Source: Lama guanicoe
Taxonomy: Eukaryota
Direction: 5' to 3'
Assembly: GCA_013239625.1 (NCBI GenBank)
Contig: MU053810.1
Span: forward strand, 2,677,518-2,741,517
Length of the DNA stretch: 64,000 bases
Shown here: piece after piece, positions 1-13,060 of the stretch
Numbering within the stretch: position 1 is the stretch's first letter
Layout: every line of letters begins with the position of its first letter
Position numbers and translations under genes: made by a program
Notes under the pieces: model-generated
Told to the model about the DNA's origin: nothing
Seen by the model: the letters and a program-made list of their open reading frames with translations, nothing else
Databases searched by the model: none

Positions 1-3000
1 ATACTTGTAATTATATAGTTATGTAGCCTTTACAGATTCACTTCTTTCACTTAGTAATACTCTTTTAATTTTCCTCCATGTCTTTTTATGTCTTGACAGC
101 TCATTTACTGTTAGTGCTGAATTGTTTGTCTGGAGGTACCACAGTTTATCTGTTCACCTGTGGGAGGAAATCTTAGTTGCTTTTAAGTTTTGGCAGTTAT
201 GAATAAAGCCTCTATAAATACCCATGTGCAGCTTTTTGTGTGGACATAAGTTTTCAGCTATTTTTGCTTAAATACTAAGGAGCATAAGCTAGGTTGTATG
301 GGTTGGGTATGTTTAGTTTTTGTAATAAGCAGGTGAAGTGTTTCCCAGAGTTCTGTACCATTTTGCATTCTTATCAGTAATGAATGAGAGTTTCTGTTAC
401 TCCTCACCCTTGCCAGTGTTTGGTGTTGTTGGTGTTCTGGATTTTGGCCATTTTAATAGGTGTGTAGAACTTTCTCTTGGATTACTTCTTATCATTCTGA
501 TCTACCCTCTCTATTAGCCTGATAAAATTTAGTATTTCCGTGTGCTTTTACCCTCTTTCTGAACCCTATGAAACTGTTAGTGAATGTGAAATTCATTTAC
601 TAAACTCCTGACATACATCTTATTGTTCTCATGTAATTCTCCATTTCTTAAAAAAATTATGTTTTTGTCACTTTTTTTATGGAAGGGCTGTGATAGTCAC
701 TGAAAATGGAAAAGTTTTTTTGTAAAAGGTATTACTTTCTACTTGAATGGTTTGACAGAATTTACCAGTGAAACTTTGTAGTGTTAGAATGAAACCTTCT
801 GGGAAGATTTTTGATAAAAAAATTTATTTCTGGAAAGTGAGTATATATAGTATTTTCTTATTAGCCTGTTGATGTTTTTTGGATCAGTAGTGTGTCATAG
901 TGATAACCCTGTTTTTATTCTTAACATTGGTGATTTGTGGTCTCTGCTCTTTGTTTTGTTTCTGTTTGGTTTTTTTTGACTGGCATACCTAGCATTTGTC
1001 AGTTTCATTTGCCTTTTTAAAGAAACAGCATTTGGCTTTGTTAATTTTTAAAGTCGTCTGCCTGTTTTCTGTTTTACTGATTCCTGCTTTAATCTTTTAT
1101 TATTTCCTTTCTAGCATTTACTTTGTGTATGTTTAGCTTTACCTTTTTAACTTCTCAGGGTGGCATCTTAGTTCTTTCATTTTAGATCTTTTTTTCTAGT
1201 ATAAGTATATAAAGCTGTAAGTCTTCCTCCTAGCACTGCTTTGGCTGCATTCCAGTTTGGTATGTTGTATATTTGTTACTACTCGGTTCAAAATGTTTTC
1301 CAAACTTCCCTTGTGATTTTCTCTTTGACCCATACATTATTTAGAAATATATTAAATATTTGCTATATGTTAGTGGTTTTGCTCGATACCTACTTGTTAC
1401 TGGTTGCTAATTTAATTTCATTGTGGTTATGATTATACTCCAGATGATTTTAGTCCTTTAAAATTCAATAAGACTTATTAGGGCACAGCATATGATCTGT
1501 GTTGGTGAGTGTACCATGTGTATTTGAAAGGAATGAGTACCCTGCTGTTGAATATAGTGTTCTAGTCAGTTAGATCAAGACAGTTGATACTGTAAAGCTC
1601 TTTTATGTCTTCACTGATTCTTTTTTGGTATAGTTCACCTATCAGTTGCTGAAAATGGTGTGTTAAAAATCTGTCATGATTGGAACGTTGTCTGTTTCTT
1701 CCTTTAATTCTGTTAAGTGTTACTTCATGTATTTTAAGGCTATATTATTAGGTGCACACACTTCTCATTGTTATGTCCTTCTATTAAATCATCCCCTTAT
1801 TATGATGAAATATCCCTTTCTATCTATGAAGTATTTGTCTTGTAGTTTATATCTAAAATCAAAATAGTCACTCTAGCTTTTATATTCTTACTGTTGGCAT
1901 GGTATATCATTTTCCATTCATTTGCTTTATTTTCTCTAATCTTATTAGAGTCTTTATGTTTATTAAAAGTGTCTTTTATAGGCAGCATGTAGCTTGGTCG
2001 TTTAAAAAAATCTACTTTGTCCCTCTCAGTCACTCTTTAATCTACTCTGTCCCATTAACTGTTGTGTATAAATGATTTAGTATTTAATATAAATTAAAAT
2101 TTAGATTGAGAACTTATTTTAAGATTTGTTTTTTTGAAAACAGCTTTATTCAGATATGATTGACTTTCACTATATGACATTTATTTAAAGTGAACTGTTT
2201 GAAAAGTTCTGACTAATGTTATGTACACATGAAACCATCCACACAATCAAGTCAGTGAACATGTCCATCATTCTTAGAACTTTTCTCATACTTTTTTGTA
2301 CTGTATTTGAACCACCCCTTCTTCTCCATAGCCTTGTCCCAGGTAACCAGTCGTCTGCTTTCTGTTACTATAATTTGCATCTTCTAGAGTTTTGTATAAA
2401 TAGAATCTGTATGTGTGTCTGTATATGTGTGTCTAAGCATACAAACATGTATATATAATATACACACTATTTTTGTTTGGTTCATTTCTATCAGTGTAAT
2501 TATTTTGAGATTTATTCTTGTTACATCTATCAATATTTCATTCCTTTTTGTTGTTCTCTGCTATTCCTTTGTATGCTTATAGCAGTTTATCCATTTACCT
2601 GTTGATGGTGATAGTTAGACTATTTCTAGTTTTCAGCTGTTACAAATGAAGCTATTGACATTTGAGTACATGTCTTTGTATGACTATAGGCTTTCATTTA
2701 TCTTGGGTAAACACTTAGAAATGAAATGGCTTGTTTATAAGTGCATGCTTAATTATTTAAGGAACTGACAAACTATTTTCTAAAGTGGTTGTAACATTTT
2801 ACATTCCCATCAGTAGCATGAGAATTCCGGTTGCTCTACATCCTCTTCAACAGTTGGTATTGTCAGTTAAAAAAATTTTTGCCGTTGAAGAGGTGTGTAG
2901 TGATATCCTTGTTTTCTTTCCCAGTTACATATAATATATACACACACATATATATTAAGATTATTTTCCATTATCGGTTATTACAAGATGTTGAATATAG

Positions 3001-4700
3001 TTCCCTGTGGTATACAGTAAATCCTTGTTGCTTATCTATTTTACCTGTTAATCCCATATTCCTAATTTATTCCTCCTCCACCTTTCTTCTTTGGTAACTG
3101 TAAGTTTGTTTTCTATATCTGTGGATCCTTGTGCTTTTAATTTGCACTTCCTTAATGAATAATAAAAATTTGAGCTCCTTTTCATGTGTTTATTTGCCAT
3201 TCTTACATCTTTTTTGGTGATGTGTGTGTTCAGTCTTTACCCTCATAAAAAGTTGAATTGTTTTCTGTTGTCTTCTTTTAAAATATGACAGCTTTTATTC
3301 ACATACCATACCATTAATTGAACCTTTTAAAGTGTACAATTCAATTGGTTTTTACAAAGACTTGTGCAACCATTATCAGAATCTATTTTAGAACATTTTC
3401 ATCCTGCCAAAAATAGACCATTAGTATTCACTTGTCATTTGCCCTCAACACCTCCACTGTAGATAACCATTAACCCAGTCTGTCCATATGCCTGTTCTGG
3501 ACATTTTGTATAAATGGAATCTACAGTATGTGGTCTTTTGTGACTGGCATCATTAGCATATTGTTTTCCAGTTTCGTCCACGTTGTAGCATGTATTACTA
3601 TTTCATTTAACTGCTAACTGATACTCCAGGGTATGGATATACTACATTTTGTTTATACATTCCACAGTTGAGGTATATTTGGATTGTTTCAACTTTTTGG
3701 TTATTTGAATAGTATTGCTGTGACCATTTGTTTACCAGTTTTTTTGTGTGTGTGTGTGGGGAAATACGTTTTAATTTCTCTTCGTATTATTCTTAGGAGT
3801 GGAATTCCAGGGTTATGTATTAAAATTCTTATCCTTTTGAGGAACTGCCAATCTATTTCCCAAAGTGTGTATGCCATTTTACATTCCTGCTAGTTGTACA
3901 GGAGCTGTCCTATTTCTCCACATCCTTGTCAGCACTTTTTTAATGTCTGTTTTATTTTAGCCACTTGTGGATGTGAAGTGGTGTTTCATTTTGTTTTTGA
4001 TTTGTATTTAACTGATGACTAATGATGTTGAGCATCTTTTCACTTATTTCTCTTCATTCTGACGGTTTGTGCCTTTTAACTGAGGTGTTTAGCTCATTTA
4101 CATTTAGTGTGATTAATGATACTGTTTGATTTACATCTAATATCTTGATACTTCTTTATCATTTACACTGTCTATTTTTTGTTCTCTTTTATTCTTTTTT
4201 TGGCTTTTGATTTTTTGATTTCATTTTATTCTTGCTATGTTATTAGCTATATATTTTGTTGTGTTGTGCTAGGCATTGTCTTTTGGTTTAAAGTATAAGT
4301 CTTTATCTCAGTGCTGTCTACCATCAAGTGATTCTATTATTCTACTTCACGTATAAGATTGTAAAAATAATACAGTTCCATTTTTCTTTTTCTTTGGCCT
4401 TTGTGCAGTTGTTGTTATGAACTACAATGAATTGTTATTTTTGTTTAAATAGTTGTTTATTGTTTAATGTGGTTTTTAAAAAATCTTCCATGTCTCCACT
4501 TAACTTCGTGAATATATAGAATGAAGTTATAATAACTGTTTTGTTGCTTTTTCTGTTTATTTTATCATTTATATCAGTTTTTGAATGCTTTTGATTCACT
4601 ATTGTCATTACAGATTGTGTTTTCCTGCTTCTTTGGATCCATGGTAATCTTTGATTGGATTCCAGACATTGTGAATTATACTATTTTGTGTGCTGGCTGG

Positions 4701-4702
4701 GT

Positions 4703-4742
<40 letters not shown>
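4701..4742. repeat. (TG)n microsatellite
   Basis: Seen directly. Confidence 0.95.
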
Positions 4743-4745
<3 letters not shown>

Positions 4746-5203
4746 ATTTAAAAAATTGAAATGACATTCACATAACAAAATTAATAATTTTAATGTGAAC
4801 AGTTAAGTGCTGCATTTAGAACATTCACAATGTTGTACAGCTACCACCTCTATGTAATGACATTTTCATCACCTCAAAAGGAAACCCTCTACCCTTTAAA
4901 CATTTGCTTCCTATACCCTCATTTCTTCCATGATAAGACTGTGTTGTTTAATTTCTAAGTGTTTGTAATTTTTCCATTTTCCTCCTCTTAATGGTTTCTA
5001 GCTTCATTCCACTGGATTTGGGGAAGACATGCTTTGTATGCTTTAATTCTTTTTAAATTTATTGAGATTTATGTCCTAACATAGAGTCTGTCTTGGCAAA
5101 TGTTCCATGTGCACTTGAGAATGTGTATTTATCTCTGTTTCTTTAGCTTCAGTTAGTGTTTGGACAAAGATTTGCTTGAATACCAGGTACCAAAATAGCA
5201 AGT

Positions 5204-5260
5204 GACAGAGAGACAGACAGACAGACAGACTGAGAGAGAGAGAGACAGACTGAGAGACTG
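5204..5260. repeat. (GACA)n/(GA)n compound microsatellite
   Basis: Seen directly. Confidence 0.9.
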
Positions 5261-6758
5261 ACTCTGCTGGGACCATTCCTTCAGTAGCTAACCAGTCTGT
5301 TTACAACTCTGCCTTACTTAGCCTTTACCCACTGTACTAGGAGATAACCAGAGATGAAAGTTTAGCATTTCATCAGGTCTTTTATGAAGATGTATCCTGC
5401 CGTGGGCATGTGTTGCTGTCTAAATTCCCTAGCATGCACAGACACTTTTGAGAACCCCAATTTCCCAGAGCCCATGTTTTCCTCTTAGGCTCTTAGCACT
5501 AGATTATATACTTGAACCATAATCTTTTGCCCCAGGCATGTGTGAGTTTTTTTGACTGCCTCATGATGATTTAAGGAATACCTACCATTTTTTTTTGCCT
5601 TGAGTGAGTTCTGAGCTTGTCAGAGTACAGGCATGTTGTGTCAGTTCTTCAGTAGCTCACAGACATTTTAGGATAGAGAAACACAATTCTTTGCAAATAA
5701 AATCTGCACTGCTCTTTCTGAAACCAGGAGCTGTGGTTCTTCACTAGAAACCCATGGTGCTGTCTTCAAGACCTCTGCTGAACCCTGGGTGGCGTGGGTC
5801 AAGGGAAAGTAAAAATTCCCAAAACTTTCCTGACATTTTTAAGTTGCCTTTTTCTGATTTAGCATTTTGACTGGTTGCTGCAGACTTTTCACTCTCTTTT
5901 TCAGACTCCTGACAAAATTGGTTCTGACAGTTCCTGCTTGACTTCTTGATGTTTTTGTGGTGGAATGTGCCCTTGGAGCTGCCTACTCTTCCATGTTTGC
6001 TGACACAGATCTGGATGTTTTTGCATCCCTATAAATCTCCTTGAGTTTTGTCCTAAAATACAATTAATGTTCTTCAGAAACAGTTTGATCCTTTCAAGTC
6101 CTGCTGTTATGATTTATTAGGTGGGTCCAGAGCAGTGCTTGGTCTGGGGGCATGTATTCCCCACACCGAGGGAAGACCTCTGTGAGTCTTCTACCCAGTG
6201 AATGCCCCATGAGTTATGAGTTTTTCCAGTCACATTTGGGGAACAGGTACTGTTCCTGGCCCTTTGTGCCAGCTGGATACTTCTCCCTCTAATCTTGGAT
6301 GGTTCTTTTTCCATCCTCAGGTAATTTCTCTACTCAAGTGTTCTCTGCGTAATACTCAGGTGGTGCTGTTTGCATCTCTCGCTCTCTCGCTCAGAGTGTT
6401 CTCTTTATGAAGAGCTTTCATTTCTGGTACTTTGTTTTGCCAGTTTTAGCTTTCTTGGTCTCATTGTGTGTCCTAAACTTTGAGAAGTCCTGGGCTTAGC
6501 CTCAGTTCCTCTCCCTGAGTCTTGGCCTAGAAGAACGCTGAAGACATTAAGCTAGGGCAAACCAAGGGCTCACCTCATTTGTTTCTTGTGTCTTTGGGAT
6601 TGTGCCCTTCTGTACCTGATATCCAGTGTCTTCAGAACCATTGTCTAAATTATTATAATTTTTTTTTTTTCAGTGTGTGATGGGGTATGCACTGTTTCAT
6701 TCAGGAGACTAAATTTGGTCCTTGTTAACTGCCTGTTGGCCAGTCTCCTACTACTCCT

Positions 6759-6911
6759 TTTTTAAAAAAATTTTCATTTTATTGTAGTTACATTTTTAGG
6801 GGTAGGTAATTAGGTTTACTTATTTATTTTTGGAGGAGGTACTAGGGATTGAACCCAGGACCTTGTGTATTCTAAGAATGTGCTTTACCACTTGAACTAT
6901 ACCCTCCCCCC
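6759..6911 (-). mobile_element. tRNA-derived camelid SINE (Vic-1-like)
   Basis: gggattgaacccagg...actataccctcccc; TSD ctact(a/g)ctcct. Confidence 0.85.
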
Positions 6912-6945
6912 TCTACTGCTCCTCCTCAACCTTCATTTCTCTCTC

Positions 6946-7089
6946 TTTTTTTTTTTTTTTTTTTGTGGGGATGCTGGTGGGAGGTAATTAGGTTTATTTA
7001 TTTATTTATTCTCAGAGGAGGTACCGCGATTGAACCCAGAACCTCATACAATGCTAAGCATGTGCTCTACCCCTGAGCTATACCCTCCC
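6946..7089 (-). mobile_element. tRNA-derived camelid SINE (Vic-1-like)
   Basis: Poly-T followed by gattgaacccagaacc...gagctataccctccc. Confidence 0.85.
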
Positions 7090-9536
7090 ACCTCTCTTTA
7101 TTTTTTATTCCTCTTTTCCTTCTTTTCTTCCTTATTTCTGATACGAATTTTTCAGCATTGCATTTTAATCAGTTTAATAATGCAGTTAATTAGTATTGCA
7201 TTTAAATTAATTACATTAAATTCCCTTTCGGGCCATAGCCCTTTCTATATTTACAAGTATTAATATTTATGTATATAGCAGTTGCTCCAGGGATTACAGT
7301 TTTCACACCAGTAAGTTCAGTCTGTCGTGTGTACCACTTGACGCAAAATGTAGGAACCTTGAAACCATATAGATCTCTTTTACCTGCTCCTTCCTCAGTC
7401 TTTGTTACAATTTTATATATGTTGAAAACTTTACAAGACAGTATTTTAGTTTCTGAGGTAAGCAGTTACATATTTTAAGTGAACGAAGGTATTAATGTTT
7501 CATCCAGCAAGAAACCCAAGAAGAGTACCTGCATGCTTCATTTTCCCTTCATCTTGGAGCTTCCCTTTTTGGTAATTTTTTCTGTCATCTGAGGAAAATT
7601 GTTTGGTGTTCCCTTTAATGGAAATTTGTTTAAAGATATTTTTTGGCTTTGTTGTTTATCCAGTTCTCTTGATGATAACTTAACTTTTGGTTGTTTTAAG
7701 ATTTTTCTTTTTTCGGTTTTATGTATTTTTATGATGTGTCTATGTGTGGATTTATATTTATTTACCCTGGGATTTAGTGTGGTTCTTCAGTCTATGACTT
7801 GCCATCTTCTCTTTTGGAAAGTTTTGGGATATTACTATTTCAGATAGTGCTTTTGTGCCATTTCTTCTCTCATATTTCTCTGTGACTATAGTTACATGTG
7901 TGTTAGACTTGCTTATATGTTGTTTATATTTCCCTTCCTCTTTTTGTATTTTTCATACATTTATGCAAATATTCTGAATGTTTTCTTATTTGCTTTGTTG
8001 CTCTACTTCTGTTTTTGTCTTATGTCTAAGCCATTCTTCTATCCATTGGGTTTTAAAAATTTTTGTTTTTACTTCTGTAATTTTTGATTTAGTATTGAGT
8101 TTCCAATTTTTTGAAGAAATTTTCAGTTTCGTGTTGTGTGTTTGAACATAATGAGCATACTTATTTTAACGTCTATTTCTGAAACTGCAAAATACAGATT
8201 GGCTTTGTTTTTCTTGTTTATACTGGTTTTCATTGATGTTATCTTGTCTCTCATGTGTTTGGTACTTTGTGTTGTGCTGAAAATGATAATGAACTAGTAG
8301 TAGAAATTATTTGTAGCCAAAATGACATTGTTTGCCTCTAGAGAGGATGTATATTAGTTTATGTCTGGTGTCTGGGGGCACTTGTAATTTAGGATTACAT
8401 GAGTCAAATTTCAGAGTGTGAGATGATGAAAGCCCAGCTGCAGTCTCTTGGTGGACCTATGTACTTTTAGTTTATTGTCACTTCTGGCTTGCAGCCCCTC
8501 AGTGTTGCAGCTAAAAGGAGGTTAGGGGTTTATTAGTGTTCCTTTTCTCCCTTGGTTGTCTGTGGACATACACCCCTGTACTTCCAGTCCTCTGAGTTTG
8601 CCAGAAACCCCCTCCACCCTCTTAGCTGCTTTCTGTGAAATAGGCAAATGACCCTTGGTTGGCACAGTGGCTAAAAATGGTACTTAACTCTCTGGACTTT
8701 CATCCTTTTCTAGTTTTAGCCCCAATAATTCCTTATGATCACGTGGCTCTTTGATACCTTTGGTCACATTTTGAAAATAAAAAGAAGTATTAACATTTAA
8801 CATCAATTGTTAATATATTGCAAGTGAAATATTAAAATAGTAAAATGACGTTAGCATTTAAAATGTCAACATTAATAGTTAAAAATTTAATATTAACATC
8901 AAAATTTATTGATATTTTCATATTGATTGATTGACATTTGTTAATATTGATATCAATACAATTGATATTAAAATTTAAGATTTAAAGTGTTACAGTTTTT
9001 AATTTTAGGCGCTCAACTATAAAACTTCATTTTTTAATAGTGCTTCTCAGAAGGAAGTGTTGATCTGCATTATTTAGTTTACTCTTATAAAAAGTTTCAT
9101 TGCTACCACCTGAATTTAAAAATGTTTCCTTTTATTTGTGTTAATGTGCATAATAACTGGAGAAGTGATTGAGTCCTTTTAAATATCTTTTAAAATGCTA
9201 CTTTCCATTTACAATTTTTATAAAATTACTGGCTGTATTCCCTGTGTTGTACAGTACATCCTGAGCCCATCTTATACCCAGTGGTTTGCACCTCCCGCTG
9301 TCCCCGCTGTAACCACTAGCTTGCTCTCTGTTATCTGGGAGTCTGCTTATTCAGAGTCTTTAATCAGTAGTGGTTTAACTGTTGGTCAGTAATGAGAATT
9401 TGTTAATATTTTTGTTGTACATTAGCTTAAATAGGCACTTACAGATTTCTTCAGAAAGTTAATGATCTAATTTTATCTTTGAAAAAGCTTTATTGAAAAC
9501 TGGAAAATGACATTATTTTTGTTTATTTATTTTTAG

Positions 9537-9646
9537 GTTGGGCTCATGTGGTTTGTGCCCTTTATATTCCAGAGGTACAGTTTGCCAATGTTTCTACCAT
9601 GGAGCCAATTGTTTTACAGTCTGTTCCACACGATCGTTATAATAAG
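9537..9646 (+). CDS. MLLT10: MLLT10/AF10 coding exon (110 nt), PZP domain: (G)WAHVVCALYIPEVQFANVSTMEPIVLQSVPHDRYNK
   Basis: Acceptor tttttag at 9535-9536 and donor AAG|gtacgg; the translation matches the AF10 zinc-knuckle/PHD2 sequence as recalled. Confidence 0.97.
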
Positions 9647-9967
9647 GTACGGTGAATATTATTTTATTGATGTGTGCATTTTTGTTTGTTTGTTTTAAAA
9701 TTGGGAAGTGTAAAAGAATTTTTTTGTTGTTTTATTATAGACCTTCAGTAAAACAATTTAAATTATAGGCCTCCATCAATTTGGAAAAAGTGTAATTAAC
9801 TGTGTTAAACTACCATTATTAATGTATTTTACTAAGATTACAGGAGTAAAAAACAAACACAAAGAAAACTATATTGCCTTTTACATGAACCTAGGTATTT
9901 AATATTCTGCCATTTACATGGCATTTTTATCCTTACTGATTTGTTCTTTAAGAATTTCTGACCTTTA

Positions 9968-10099
9968 AGGGGGGAGGGTATAGCTCTGTGGTAGAGTGCA
10001 TGCTTAGCATGCATGAGGTCCTGGGTTCAATCCCCAGTACCTCCATTTAAATAAAAACAAACAAACAAACAAACAAACAAACCTAATCCACCCCCCCAA
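9968..10099 (+). mobile_element. tRNA-derived camelid SINE (Vic-1-like)
   Basis: A box tagctctgtggtag, B box ggttcaatccc, (AAAC)n tail; 18-bp TSD at 9950-9967 and 10100-10117. Confidence 0.9.
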
Positions 10100-11469
10100 A
10101 AGAATTACTGACCTTTATGTTCTTTTAGACACTAAAGCACTATTGAAATTGAATGAATCATTATTTGGTATAACATTGATTATGCTGATACTCATCCTGT
10201 CTTAAAAAATAATCCTCTCATAGAATATTGTTTGCTCATCTCTCCTCTCCAAATTATTTTCTGTTCCCAAGAGAGGATTTTTGTTGTTAGTTCTAAAAAA
10301 AAAATCTTAATATTTGCTTTTTTTCCCTGTATCTTTTCCTTAATTTAGTACATATGTATTGTTTCATTCTCTTCTGCATATTGGATGATTTTTTTTTATT
10401 ACCCAATGTGCTTTTAAATACAGTGTTACCATTTAATTGAAAGTACTTGTTGATTTATTCCATCTTTGGAGAAAGTGTCACTGCAGCCCATTCTAAGATT
10501 TCAAAATACTAAACATTTTGGAATGTAGATTGTTAATACTTATTTTAAAAGTTGGAAAATACAGAAAATTAAATAGGAAAATGCATGACAAAAATCATCT
10601 AAAATCTTCCCATGGAGATCATTTGGTGTGCATTTTTATGTATACTGTATACTTGTTAAAAAATTTGAATCATGTTGCTTACACTATTCTGTTTTTGAAA
10701 CTTACTAGCCCTGAACATCTTTTTGTGTCAGTAAATTATATTTTGCTGTGATTTTTGTGGATACATAGCATGTAATACAAAGTATTAGGAACTCCCTATT
10801 GTTGAAAGTCCTCACTTAGTGTTTAGCAGGTACATATCCAGCAGAATTTCTGTTTAAAAAGGTATGAACATTTTGGAAGCTTCAGTAAATATATTGTGTG
10901 AAATTGTCCTAGAATGCAGTTTCTAACTTAACCACATTAGTGGTATGGGAGGTACTCATAATCTTATATTCTGTTAAGTACAGTGTGTATTACCATTTAA
11001 GTATGATCTTTTTTATTCTTTCTAGTGAAAAATATTACAGTGTTTGAATGGCTTACTTTGAATACTGATGAAGTTAAATATTTTAAAGATTTTTAGAAAG
11101 CTTATTCATGTCTGTTAATTGACCTTGAATAGCTATTTGTTCCTTTTAATATTGTAATGTTTTAATTTTTTAATGGAGTGTTGTTTTTTTTTTTGTATAT
11201 GGAAGATATTATTCTTTTGCTCTGTATACTTGCTGTGAATGCTTTTGTCCATAATTAAACATTTGGTTCTTAATTTTCATTATGTCTTCACGTTTTTTAT
11301 TGTTGTTGGTATTCTAGCAGGTTAATTTTTTCTAATTCAGAAGTTTAAAGTTTTTATATAATTTACACAACTACTCTTCATTATTTCTCCTTTTGTTGCC
11401 ATGTAAAGAAAATCTTTCTCTACACCAACGTATAAACATTTTTTGTACTTTCAAAATTAATTTTAAAAA

Positions 11470-13060
11470 ATACTTGTTTTTTCTTTCAATTTGAAATAAT
11501 TTCAAACTTACATAAAGGTTGCATTAATAGTACAAAGAGCTCTTCCTCTCCTAAACCATTTGAGAGTGATTTACCAGGATAACACTGAAACCCTGAATGA
11601 TTTAGTGTGTCTTTCCTATAAAGAAGAACATTCTTCTATGTGACCAGAATACAGCCATCAAAATCAGGAAGTTAACATTTATGCATATTACTGTCTAATC
11701 CAGAGACTTCATCATTATTTCCCTTATTTTCATTCATGCCTTTCAGTTTTCTCAGTAATGTCTTTCATAGCAGAAAGATCATTGATTGCTTTTTGTCTCT
11801 TAAATCGCCTGAAATCTCAAAATAGTAAATCTCAAATAGTAATTCATTCTTTCTCTGACTTTCATAACTTTGATACTTCTGAAGATAACAGGCCAGTTAT
11901 TTATAGAATGTCCTATTTGGATTTTTATGATGTTTCCTCATGATTAAATTCAGATTATGTGTTTTTGGCAGGAATATCACAGAAGTGATGCTGTGTTCTT
12001 CTCATTGCATCCTATCAGGTGGTACATGATTTCAGTTTTTCCCACTACTGGTGATGTTACCTTGATCACTTGGTTAAGGTGGTGTCTGCAAGATTTCTCC
12101 ACTGGGAGGTTAATTTTCTTTCCATCTATAATCAATAAGCATTTTGTGTGGAAGTACTTTGTATGTAAATATCTTGCTCCTTGTTCCTTTTACCCACTAA
12201 TTTTAGCATCCATTGTTGTTTCTTTGCTTAATTAATAATACTGATTGATGGCAAGTGGCGGTTTTCTAATTCCATCTTTTACATTCATCATTTGGCATTC
12301 CACTTAAGGAAGAGCTTTCTTCACTCCCCAGTGAAGTAATATAAATAGTAGTATGGACTAATACAGACTTGTGTGTTACTATTTTATTTTAATGGGTTGT
12401 TCCCTGTTACTGTCATTTATTGTGATGCTCAGTTGTCTCAGGTTTGGGCATTGGGACCCTTTCAAGTTGGTTTCTGTGTCTTTTTTGACATGTTTCTATC
12501 ATACTTTGAGCACTTCTCTGCTTCTGAGATGACAGTATGTTCCAGGCTCATCTTTTACCCTTCCTGTTTTAGCCCTGGAATAACCATTTCTCCATGGAGC
12601 CTTGATTCTTTTTAGGTGAGGATGGTAATTAGAAGCCAAAGTGGACACTACGTGTGCTCATTGTTACTGGGATGTTGCTACTTCCAGGCCCTCTCATTGT
12701 ACATGCAGAGATACACACACATTCACATCTGTATCTTCTCTATACTTGGAAGACAGTGAGATCACAAGGAGACTTCTGATTTAGTATAAGAATTGGATAT
12801 ATTTACATACATACATATCTATATATATTTCTGTATCTACTTATCTATCTGTATAGGGAAAACCGTAAACTCTTAGGAACTTCTTAGTAATTTCCCTAAG
12901 CCTAATCCAACAACACAGGGTTCATTCTAATTTGTTTTTCTTTTTGTATTTATGACTCTCATGCCAGATGGTGAGAAACCTGTCTCCCATTATCCTCAAT
13001 ATATTTATTTATTTACTCAATCTCTCTTGTATTAACCTACCTTCCATTGCTGCCGTCCGC
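11470..13060 (-). mobile_element. Old L1 (L1MC/L1ME-like) 3' region
   Basis: ttgaaataatttcaaacttaca...; ggcaggaatatcacagaagtgatg; ccttgatcacttggttaaggtggtgtctgc. Confidence 0.65.

Larger units (their letters stand above)
1..8760 (-). mobile_element. Cluster of nested, old antisense L1 fragments
   Basis: Recurrent L1 3'/ORF2 antisense motifs (ccattttgcattc...cagtaatgaatgagagttt; tgatgactaatgatgttgagcatcttttc); endonuclease-like peptide in ORF 1824..2033. Confidence 0.75.

Noticed and set aside
9968..10050. tRNA-like sequence with A and B boxes
   Set aside because: Head of a SINE with a tail and TSD, repeated nine times in the window; not a tRNA gene
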